A stretch of DNA of 64,000 nucleotides, from NCBI GenBank assembly GCA_951812955.1, contig OX638340.1:3488001-3552000 (forward strand). The letters are read 5' to 3'. Position numbers and translations under genes: made by a program. Positions 8,501 through 14,814 of this stretch are shown piece after piece. The notes below the pieces were generated by a model. The model was not told the DNA's origin, did no database searches, and saw nothing but the letters and a program-made list of their open reading frames with translations. Within the stretch, counting starts at the first letter, position 1; every line of letters begins with the position of its first letter. Origin of the DNA: an uncultured Gemmatimonadota bacterium (lineage in GTDB: Bacteria; JAAXHH01).

Positions 8501-9769
8501 GTGTTGTCGGGCAGCATCCCTTCGGCCCTGGGCAACCTGGGCAACCTGACACACCTGTATCTCGAAAACAACCAGTTATCGGGCAGCATCCCGCCGGAAC
8601 TGGGCAACCTGGGCAACCTGACACTCCTGTCCCTGTTCTATAATGAGTTGTCGGGCAGTATCCCTTCGGCCCTGGGCAACCTGGGCAACCTGACACACCT
8701 GTATCTTGACGACAACCAGTTGTCGGGCAGCATCCCTTCGGCCCTGGGCAACCTGGGGAACCTGACGCGCCTGATACTTGACAACAACCAGTTGTCGGGG
8801 AGCATCCCGGGGAATCTGGCCCGTCTGCTCGACCTGGAATACCTGTGGCTTGACGGCAACGCGGATCTTACCGGGAGCCTGCCTGTATTTTTCGCCGATC
8901 TTTTAGATAACCTTCGTTCCCTTCGTCTGGAAGGCACGGGACTTTGCGCGCCAGGGACCGCCGATTTCCAGCGTTGGCTCCGCGGGATTGAAGAAAAGAA
9001 CGGTGTGGTGAACTGCGCCGCACAAGATCGGTCCGCCCTGGTCGCCCTGTACAACGCGACCAACGGCCCGAATTGGGAGCGCGACGACAACTGGCTGAGC
9101 AATAGACCCCTTGGAGAGTGGTACGGTGTCAGAACCGACGGAATCGGACGCGTGAGCAGTCTGAATCTCAGAGGCAACCAGTTATCGGGCAGCATCCCGT
9201 CGGAGTTGGGCAGCCTGAACAACCTGGAATCTCTGTGGCTTTCCGGTGGTTTGTCGGGTAGCATTCCATCATCCCTGGGCAACCTGAGCAATCTGGAGCT
9301 CCTGTATCTTGTCAGCCCGTCCAGCGGCGGGTTGTCAGGCAGTATTCCATCATCCCTGGGCAACCTGGGCAACCTGGAACTCCTGGTGCTTGCCGGCCGC
9401 CAGTTTGGCAGCATCCCTTCGTGGATGGGCAACCTGGGCGACCTGGAGCAATTGGTGTTACACGGTGTATCGGGCAGTATCCCGTCAGCACTGGGCAACC
9501 TGAGCAACTTGAAATCACTAAATCTTGCTTACAACGACGGGTTGATCGGCAGCATCCCACCGGCACTGGGCAACCTGGGCAACCTGACATCTATGAATCT
9601 TTTCGACAGCTCCAACCTGTCCGGTCCCCTTCCTACCTCGCTTACCCGTCTTGATCTTCTTGATACCCTGGACATTCGATTTACAGGCTTATGTGCGCCT
9701 CGGATCGCCTCGTTCCAGGCGTGGCTCCGGGGGATTGACGACAAACGGGGTGTGGTGAACTGCCAATAA
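2537..9769 (+). CDS. Giant surface lipoprotein (2410 aa): signal/lipobox, one Big_2 Ig domain, then ten concatenated LRR solenoid modules (nine with a two-Cys C-terminal cap)
   Basis: AAGGAG SD before the ATG and lipobox LLVTCARDNPTQS. Big_2-like stretch VVVTPETTDLASAGQSVLLSAQALDDAG...ITAMAGQKTGSARVTV. There are ten N-cap motifs (ALVALYNATDGPNW..NWLSDRPLGEWYGVTTD..GRVTEL). They are followed by 24-residue units L..L..L.L..N.LSG.IP.ELGNL and caps GTGLCAP.DAAFQAWLQGI....GVVNC. Confidence 0.92.
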   Translation: MFFESRRTFRRFGRARVQLLVSLSLILALSLLVTCARDNPTQSRSAVTARVVVTPETTDLASAGQSVLLSAQALDDAGLEVSETPVTWRSSDPSVASVSKNGVVIATGEGSVVITAMAGQKTGSARVTVSDPVRRALVALYRATGGENWKNSANWLSDEPVQRWHGVTTAAAGSASGTRPRADAAGAALNLPDNGLSGTIPPELGDLVHLRELDLSNNGLTGSIPPELGNLFRLELLDLSGNRLSGPVPAELGNLFVLKSLQLQDNAGLSGPLPVSFSGLTGLETMDLSGTGLCAPANAGLQRWLGGVTTRRGVANCGAVAEQDRKALIALYETTDGPNWTNKTNWLSGAALDRWYGVSTNAEGRVTALRLSGNRLSGLIPTALGNLAALVSLDLGSNELSGTIPGVLGNLSALVSLDLSDNRLSGPIPTVLLTLHNLQTLDLSGNLFDLEESTDRDALVALYNATDGPNWVRKDNWLSDRPLGEWYGVTTDSTGRVTELNLWTLDEDNRSASNGLAGSIPPELGNLTKLTQLDLRRNRLSGSIPPELGNLTKLKTLSLSINELSGRIPPELGNLTNLIWLWLDRNQLSGRIPPELGSLIKLDQLWLQGNQLSGSIPSELGNLSSLRQLALMSSGLSGSIPAELGRLTNLIWLWLEDNQLSGRIPSELGNLTRLESLSLNGNELSGSLPSELGNLSNLKRLYLFDNTNLSGPLPDSFTHLNIASLFLRGTGLCVPTDAAFQAWLQGIRNKDGVVNCTLATDDRDALVALYNATDGPNWRNGRNWLSDRPLEEWYGVSTNAEGRVDSLKLLGNRLSGSISSELGNLSNLQVLDLQRNTGLSGSIPPELGNLTNLEVLEFDRVPLSGSIPPELGKLRNLRYLGLSRNQLSGQVPSELGNLTNLEVLWLHFNANLSGSLPASLTDLDKLRIVNLRGTGLCAPTDAAFQAWLQGIGSKSGVVNCDPVGPVPGDDRAVLVALYNATDGPNWRNGTNWLSDRPLNEWYGVETNAAGRVTELSLFEVDANNRLVPYGLSGSIPPELGNLSELQALYLHGNELSGRIPPQLGNLSKLVALGLSENDLSGRIPPELGSLSELTHLWLYGNQLTGGVPSSLGNLSKLERLYLHANSGLTGPLPDSFTQLKQLFLLRQDGTGLCVPTDTAFQEWLAGIQVKTGVVNCSTPDSDDRAALIALYNATDGPNWLFSTNWLSDRPLEAWYGVTTDATGRVVRLSLPDNQLSGSIPAQLGNLSKLRDLTLRSNPLSGRIPPELGNLNNLELVDFQGIRFTGSIPPELGNLTNLEHLYITFSPLSGSIPPELGNMTNLKSLNLWGNQLSGRIPSELGNLTNLTWLALSNNQLSGSIPSALGNLSNLQGLLLDGNSALSGPLPASFTGLDRVGRLDLLGTGLCVPTDAALQAWLQGIGTKSGVENCTPSDSDDRAALVALYNATDGPNWTRNDNWLSDRPLGEWYGVTTDSEGRVTQLRFVGADGLSGNGLSGSIPPELGSLSDLTWLSLQHNQLSGSIPSTLGDLNNLRWLQLYNNQLSGSIPSALGNLSNLQELTLYRNQLSGSIPSALGNLGNLQTLALRNNQLSGSIPSALGNLSNLQTLDLQVNTGLTGPLPASLTNLDELNYLSLNGTGLCAPTEAAFQSWLDGIPNKSVVVNCFVEQEDRDALVALYNATDGPNWMNNTNWLSDDPIGNWYGVTTNAEGRVTRLGLYTIVNNTFTSNGLSGRIPPELGRLSKLEVLRLSPNELSGSIPSELSNLSNLTRLELGGNELSGSIPPELGNLSKLTSLGLAVNELSGSIPPELGNLTNLEELYLRNNTGLSGPLPHSFTHLEDLNELLMDGTGLCVPADAEFQAWLDGIQGRKWGVVNCVSPSPDRDALVALYNATDGPNWMNNTNWLSDRPIGEWYGVSVDAEGSVTSLRLFTDSTSSNAFTGNGLSGSIPPELGNLGSLQSLDLRFNRLSGSIPSALGNLGNLQSLDLRFNVLSGSIPSALGNLGNLTHLYLENNQLSGSIPPELGNLGNLTLLSLFYNELSGSIPSALGNLGNLTHLYLDDNQLSGSIPSALGNLGNLTRLILDNNQLSGSIPGNLARLLDLEYLWLDGNADLTGSLPVFFADLLDNLRSLRLEGTGLCAPGTADFQRWLRGIEEKNGVVNCAAQDRSALVALYNATNGPNWERDDNWLSNRPLGEWYGVRTDGIGRVSSLNLRGNQLSGSIPSELGSLNNLESLWLSGGLSGSIPSSLGNLSNLELLYLVSPSSGGLSGSIPSSLGNLGNLELLVLAGRQFGSIPSWMGNLGDLEQLVLHGVSGSIPSALGNLSNLKSLNLAYNDGLIGSIPPALGNLGNLTSMNLFDSSNLSGPLPTSLTRLDLLDTLDIRFTGLCAPRIASFQAWLRGIDDKRGVVNCQ

Positions 9770-9798
9770 ATACCGTGTAAGAGATTCCCGGGAGTAAC

Positions 9799-11454
9799 AT
9801 GCTCAGAATGAACCAACGAATTCTGCTGATATTCATTGGTCTGTCGTTGTTTACATTGACTTCCTGTGGCAAGGACAGTCCGACCGAACCCGAGCTGCCT
9901 GAATCACCACCTCCCCCACCCATACCCTCCCGGATCGTGATTACCCCTTCGTCGGTGACGCTCGATGCCATAGGACAGACTGGTCAGTTGACAGCTCAGG
10001 TATTCGATCAGAACAACGCGCTCATGAGCAGCGCGGTAGTCACCTGGACCGGCAGCGATGACGCCGTAGCGACAGTCAGCACTGCCGGATTGGTGACGGG
10101 GGTCGGAAATGGAAGCGCCAGCATCACGGCCAGGTCGGGCGGCTCTTCCGCGAGCGTAAACGTAACGGTCATGCAAACTGCCCACGGTATAGCCATCGAA
10201 CCGCAGACGGCGACGCTCACGGCAATCGGCGAGACCATGCAGTTGACCGCGACCGTACTGGACCGGAACGAACAGCCCGTGGCTGGCGTTGCCGTCTCAT
10301 GGACCAGTAGCGACACAGGCGTTGCGACGGTCGACGATGAGGGACTGGTGACGGCGCTCAGTAGCGGCGAGGTCCGGATCACTGCGTCGCACGGCGGCAT
10401 ATCTGACACTGTCCAGATCAAAGTAGATATCGCCAGTCCCGACAGAGGTACATTGATTACGCTCTACAACGCCCTTGACGGACCGAACTGGACGCACAGT
10501 GCCAACTGGCTATCCAACCGGCTTCTGGGTACATGGCACGGTGTGGAGACCGACGATAATGGAAGAGTCACTAGTCTGAGTCTTTCAGACAACAACCTCA
10601 GCGGCAGTATTCCGCCGGAGTTAGGGAACCTGACCAACCTACAAGAGCTGGATCTTCACGAAAACGCGCAGTTGTCTTGTAGCATTCCGCCGGAGTTGGG
10701 GAACCTGACCAACCTGCGACGACTAAGTTTATTTTCCACTCCGTTTTTACCGGCGATCTTCCCGCCAAGTTGGGATCCTGTACCCAACCCGTTGTGCAGC
10801 ATCCCTGCGGAGTTGGGGAACCTGACCAACCTGCAGGAACTGCGTCTTGGCCTCCACGATTTATCTGGTGGCATCCCTCCGGAGTTGGGGAACCTGACCA
10901 ACCTGCAAAGGTTGGACCTCAGCTTCAACGCATTGTCTGGTAGTATTCCATCGGAGTTGGGGAACCTGGCCAACCTGTATTGGTTGGACCTCAGCATCAA
11001 CGCATTGTCTGGTAGCATTCCGTCGAAGTTGGGGAACCTGGCCAACCTGCAAATACTAAATCTTAACCTCAACGGTTTATTTGGTGGCATCCCTCCTGAG
11101 TTGGGAAACTTGTCCAACCTGCAAGCGTTGGAGCTTGGTTTCAACCGGCTATCTGGTGGCATCCCTCCTGAGTTGGGGAACTTGGCCAACCTGAAAGCGT
11201 TGGAGCTTGGTTTCAACAGATTGTCCGGGAGCGTTCCACCGGAATTGGGAAACCTCTCCGAACTCACGCATCTGTCATTGAGTTACAATGAGGACCTGAC
11301 GGGTCCTCTGCCCGACACATTCACCAGCCTCGACAACCTCCAGTGGCTGATTCTGGATTCTACCGGTTTGTGCGTGCCGTCGGACGCCGCGTTCCAGACG
11401 TGGTTAGAGCATATTCTGGTTGCCCCTGAAGAGGTGTACTGCGAAGCGATGTAG
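9799..11454 (+). CDS. Lipoprotein with two Big_2 domains and one capped LRR module (551 aa)
   Basis: Starts 30 nt after the previous stop. Lipobox LFTLTSCGKDSPTEP. Two Big_2-like repeats (IVITPSSVTLDAIGQTGQLTAQVFDQNN..., IAIEPQTATLTAIGETMQLTATVLDRNE...). N-cap LITLYNALDGPNWTHSANWLSNRLLGTWHGVETDDNGRVTSL, then LRRs, then cap STGLCVPSDAAFQTWLEHILVAPEEVYC. Confidence 0.9.
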   Translation: MLRMNQRILLIFIGLSLFTLTSCGKDSPTEPELPESPPPPPIPSRIVITPSSVTLDAIGQTGQLTAQVFDQNNALMSSAVVTWTGSDDAVATVSTAGLVTGVGNGSASITARSGGSSASVNVTVMQTAHGIAIEPQTATLTAIGETMQLTATVLDRNEQPVAGVAVSWTSSDTGVATVDDEGLVTALSSGEVRITASHGGISDTVQIKVDIASPDRGTLITLYNALDGPNWTHSANWLSNRLLGTWHGVETDDNGRVTSLSLSDNNLSGSIPPELGNLTNLQELDLHENAQLSCSIPPELGNLTNLRRLSLFSTPFLPAIFPPSWDPVPNPLCSIPAELGNLTNLQELRLGLHDLSGGIPPELGNLTNLQRLDLSFNALSGSIPSELGNLANLYWLDLSINALSGSIPSKLGNLANLQILNLNLNGLFGGIPPELGNLSNLQALELGFNRLSGGIPPELGNLANLKALELGFNRLSGSVPPELGNLSELTHLSLSYNEDLTGPLPDTFTSLDNLQWLILDSTGLCVPSDAAFQTWLEHILVAPEEVYCEAM

Positions 11455-12002
11455 GGCAGCGTGATGCCTTGATCTCCCTTCGCAACGTCATCGACGCCCT
11501 CGCCCGACACCGCTTTATACGCTGTCTTGGTTGCACCTCCAGCGCGATGGACATGGCCGGTGATGACCGTCGCCGCGTGCGTCTCGCCGCGCGGATCGGT
11601 TCCACTCCCGATACGACTCGAACACGGGAAGGCCTCTGCAGGATTCGGAGAAACTTGACCGAAAACTGCAGGCGCCTTTTGTTTAGAGATTTTTAGAATA
11701 TCCGCAAGCAGCGGTCCGGAACCCTGCATCGATGGTTTTCTAGGGTAGAAATGAAACCGGAACTATACGTCTTGCGTTTCAATATCTAGTAGCGGTACTT
11801 TGACGTAACCATCCTGTCCTGCATACCATCGTGTGAAGCCGTCATTTCCTGCGTAATGACGGTCGTCCCAACAGGCGATCCGGATCCAGGCTCAGTTGAG
11901 ACCCTGCGACGGCGCCCGTCCTTAACCAGCGCCAAACCATCCGAAACCAGGATGAACATGGCCGAATCAGGTAGTTCCAACTGCCATGACAGGAGAACGG
12001 AA

Positions 12003-12449
12003 ATGAAAAAGACACTGATCGCAGGAATGATCGTGACGGTTGCCGCGATCCTGACGGGATGCATGGCCTCGCAGCACAGAAGGGCCGTGCAGGATGATTC
12101 CGCCGACCGGGTGACCGTAGGGACGGTACAGCAATCGATCCGGGTGGGCATGAGCGGCGCCGAGGTCGCGGGCGTGCTCGGATCGCCCAACATCGTGTCG
12201 ACCGATGAAGAGCGTCGCGAAGTCTGGATCTATGACAAGATTTCGACGGAGTCCGTGCGTTCGTCCAGCGAAGGCGGGGTCCTGTCGCTCATTTTCGTGG
12301 ATCTGGCCGATGTATTCACCGGTGGGGCGGGCGGGCTTTCCGGATCGTCCGGCGCCGAGTCCACGTCCCAGCGGACGCTCACGGTGATTATAAAGTTCGA
12401 TGAAGAAAAACTGGTGAGAGACTTCGCGTACCACACGTCGCGATTCTGA
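12003..12449 (+). CDS. Small lipoprotein, BamE/SmpA-OmlA-like fold suspected
   Basis: ATG at 12003 preceded by AGGAGA. Lipobox MKKTLIAGMIVTVAAILTGCMAS. The pattern IRVGMSGAEVAGVLGSPN...EVWIYDK resembles the SmpA_OmlA pattern. The upstream part of the track ORF (from 11856) has no signal peptide or SD. Confidence 0.65.
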   Translation: MKKTLIAGMIVTVAAILTGCMASQHRRAVQDDSADRVTVGTVQQSIRVGMSGAEVAGVLGSPNIVSTDEERREVWIYDKISTESVRSSSEGGVLSLIFVDLADVFTGGAGGLSGSSGAESTSQRTLTVIIKFDEEKLVRDFAYHTSRF

Positions 12450-12606
12450 GTTGGACGTTTTCGTTCCACAATGGCGCGAAATAAAACCGTGCTACCCACG
12501 GCGAGTATTCAGAACATGTTCAGGTCGGTGTAGTCCCTTCTCCCTCGAAGTATTGTTCAACAGCGAATCCAATTCCTTTGGCGATGTTTCTAAGGGGGTA
12601 TCCAAC

Positions 12607-13164
12607 ATGGGTTGGAAAGCTATCTGCCAACTTACGGGACCAATCCTGGCTGTCCTGGTCTTGACCGGTTGTTTGAGCGGCGAATCCGGAAATCCGTTTG
12701 AACTGACTCCAGAACATCTGCAAAAGAGGGAGATGCGGACCAGGATGTATGAAGGGATATCCGAGGTGGGTATGTTGTCCGCGTGTGCCGGAGTGCTGCA
12801 GGACCTGGGTTTCACCATCGACGAGAGCGAGTCAAAACTCGGTGTGATTGTCGGGTCGAAGAGAAGTGACGCGACGGAGGCGGGGCAGGAGGCCTGGTGG
12901 CTGGTAAAGGCGTTGTTGACTTACGGGTTGGCGGCACTTACGGACGAGACGGATGACTACCAGAGATTCCGGGCGTCTGTAGTCGTCCGTCCGGCTTCGA
13001 CGATTACATCAGAAAACCACTACGTAAGCGTGACCTTCCAGCGGACCGTCTGGGATACAGACGACAAAGTATCGAAACAGGAAACCCTGGAAGTGCCCGA
13101 AATCCACGGGGATTTCTTCGATCGGCTTTCGAAATCGGTTTTTTTGGAAGCCCAGGGTATCTAA
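12607..13164 (+). CDS. Lipoprotein, intact member of a local three-paralog family, function unknown
   Basis: ATG at 12607 after AAGGGGG. Lipobox ILAVLVLTGCLSGE. Shares the motifs ..AGVLQDLGF.IDE...LGVI.. and ..FF..LSKS.FLEAQ with the two downstream decayed copies. Confidence 0.7.
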   Translation: MGWKAICQLTGPILAVLVLTGCLSGESGNPFELTPEHLQKREMRTRMYEGISEVGMLSACAGVLQDLGFTIDESESKLGVIVGSKRSDATEAGQEAWWLVKALLTYGLAALTDETDDYQRFRASVVVRPASTITSENHYVSVTFQRTVWDTDDKVSKQETLEVPEIHGDFFDRLSKSVFLEAQGI

Positions 13165-13259
13165 TGCGCCGGATTTCGGTGACGTCGGTCGCCAACCGGT
13201 TTCTTCATCTTTCGGCCGTGTAGTTTGCGGTCCTAATGATCACATGCTCCGAGGCTGAT

Positions 13260-13600
13260 ATGATCAGTAAGGAAGGACGGAAACTCAACCGGTTCCAACG
13301 TGGCCAATGTTTGATTCTTTTTCTGGCGTTTATGATCATGGCCGGATGCGGGGGCGGTGCATCGTTGGAAGCTTTCGTTCCGACGGAGGAAACGCTGCGG
13401 AAAAGGGTGCTGACCACCAGGCAGTTCGATGGTATTGCGGAAGCAGACCTTTTGTCGGCGTCTGCGGGTGTGCTTCAGGACCTGGGTTTTAACGTCGATG
13501 AGAAGCCATTCATTCAAAAAGCGTAGACGATCCGGAACTGTACGGCGAGTTCTTTGAACTGCTTTCGAAATCGGTATTTCTGGAAGGACAGAAACTATGA
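13260..13600 (+). pseudogene. Truncated paralog of 12607-13164 (internal deletion plus frameshift)
   Basis: The N-terminal part, MISKEGRK...IMAGCGGG...SAGVLQDLGFNVDEK, stops at 13524-13526. The family C-terminal tail DDPELYGEFFELLSKSVFLEGQKL* continues in another frame to 13600. The central ~90 aa of the family are missing. Confidence 0.7.
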
Positions 13601-14025
13601 AATTTGCCAGCACATTGACGCTTGTAGTCGCCGTCGGATTTGCGGCCAGCCTTGCGGGATGTGGCACGTCGAGCCGTCAGTTGACGGAAATGGAAGACAG
13701 TCAGGTCAATTTGCGGACCGTTCAGTCCCGTGCGTTCGACAGTACGGACAAGAACCGGATGCTAAGGACGGTGATCGCCACGCTGTAGGATTTCGGCTAC
13801 GTAATGGACAAAGCGGATGAAGAGCTTGGTGTGATTACAGCGACGAGACTGGACGGGGGAACGCAGAGAATAACGGTGACCGTTCGACCGAGAGGAGAGA
13901 CCCAACTGCTGGTTCGCGCTAACATGCTCCGTGGGCGGAGGGCTGTAACAGACCTCCTGGCCTATCAGAATTTTTTCACGTCGCTGTCCAAATCGATCTT
14001 TCTGGACGCGCACCTTGTCGAGTAG
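13597..14025 (+). pseudogene. Paralog of 12607-13164 interrupted by a single in-frame TAG
   Basis: ORFs 13597-13788 and 13804-14025 are in the same frame. The TAG at 13786-13788 sits where paralogs have Gln (VLQDLGF versus ATL*DFGY). Lipobox AASLAGCGTS and family tail FFTSLSKSIFLDAHLVE. The ATG overlaps the previous relic stop (ATGA). Confidence 0.75.
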
Positions 14026-14061
14026 CGAAGTTGGTTAAGTGCATGTGCGGCATCTTTCGAT

Positions 14062-14676
14062 TCAAGGTACTTTCCAGGCACAGAAGTGCCCCGTGGTAAC
14101 CGACAGGTCCAGCCCACTGCCACTACCGCTGCGCCAACTTCCGGCAAAGCCGTCCTCGTCGGATTGTCTTACCCTCAACACCGTGTAAGCGCCATCGTAG
14201 CGCACCACGTCCCTCCTGTTTGCATTCGAGCCCAGACGTAACGTGATGACGCGCCGTCCGTACTCTTCTCTTTCAAGCACGAGCACGCCGGGTGCTGATG
14301 GATCCCTGCTTCCCGGATCTCCGACGCGATGCGCGCCGACCGCTTCGAGATCGATGTCCGTGAACCCATAGAGTGGGGTCGAGGGATCGCTCGTCGAGTC
14401 TGATTCCTGCGTCGGGTCTGATTCCTGCATCTGTAGACGCAGGGTGAGCAGACCGGAAACGACGCGATGGTCTGTGCCGGTGGAATCCGGTACAAGCATG
14501 ATCCGATAACGTCCGGCTCGATCCGACAGCGTCGCATCGGCGCTTAGGCTTTGTTCAGAAGGTTCGCACCTGAATTCCCGTGAAATCGTGGTTGTGGGAT
14601 CGTCGGTTACAGCAGTCTGCCCTGGAAAAGCGCAGGCGGCTGAAAGAATAAAGAAGTGAATCATCAGGTGAGCCAT
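14062..14676 (-). CDS. Hypothetical secreted protein
   Basis: ORF with a probable start at MAHLMIHFFILSAACAFPG (signal-like). No recognisable motifs. The start is uncertain, since the track ORF extends to 14733. Confidence 0.5.
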   Translation of the reverse strand: MAHLMIHFFILSAACAFPGQTAVTDDPTTTISREFRCEPSEQSLSADATLSDRAGRYRIMLVPDSTGTDHRVVSGLLTLRLQMQESDPTQESDSTSDPSTPLYGFTDIDLEAVGAHRVGDPGSRDPSAPGVLVLEREEYGRRVITLRLGSNANRRDVVRYDGAYTVLRVRQSDEDGFAGSWRSGSGSGLDLSVTTGHFCAWKVP

Positions 14677-14814
14677 CGAAATCAAAAACCCCGCATCAAG
14701 GAGTAAATACACCTCACTAAGGAGAAAACTCAACGGACACGATGGCAGGCATCCACTGGGTGACTGGTTCTTCGGTCAACGAGTGACCGTATCGAGCGAA
14801 TCGAGCGTCAAGCG

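Noticed and set aside
2537-9769. Regular 72-nt periodicity that could be mistaken for a CRISPR-like or satellite array.
   Set aside because: The repeats are in frame, encode canonical 24-residue LRR units and have no unique spacers. No cas genes are present.
11283-11729. 148-aa minus-strand ORF in the 550-nt spacer after the second LRR gene.
   Set aside because: It overlaps the LRR gene by ~170 nt and has no SD or recognisable motif. The spacer may hold a gene relic, but I cannot support a call.
13786-13788. In-frame TAG as evidence for stop-codon reassignment or pyrrolysine.
   Set aside because: TAG terminates many clearly complete genes in this window (for example at 1257, 11452, 14023, 25248, 32522, 46003 and 50174), and no pyl genes are visible. 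A nonsense mutation or sequencing error is the simpler explanation.
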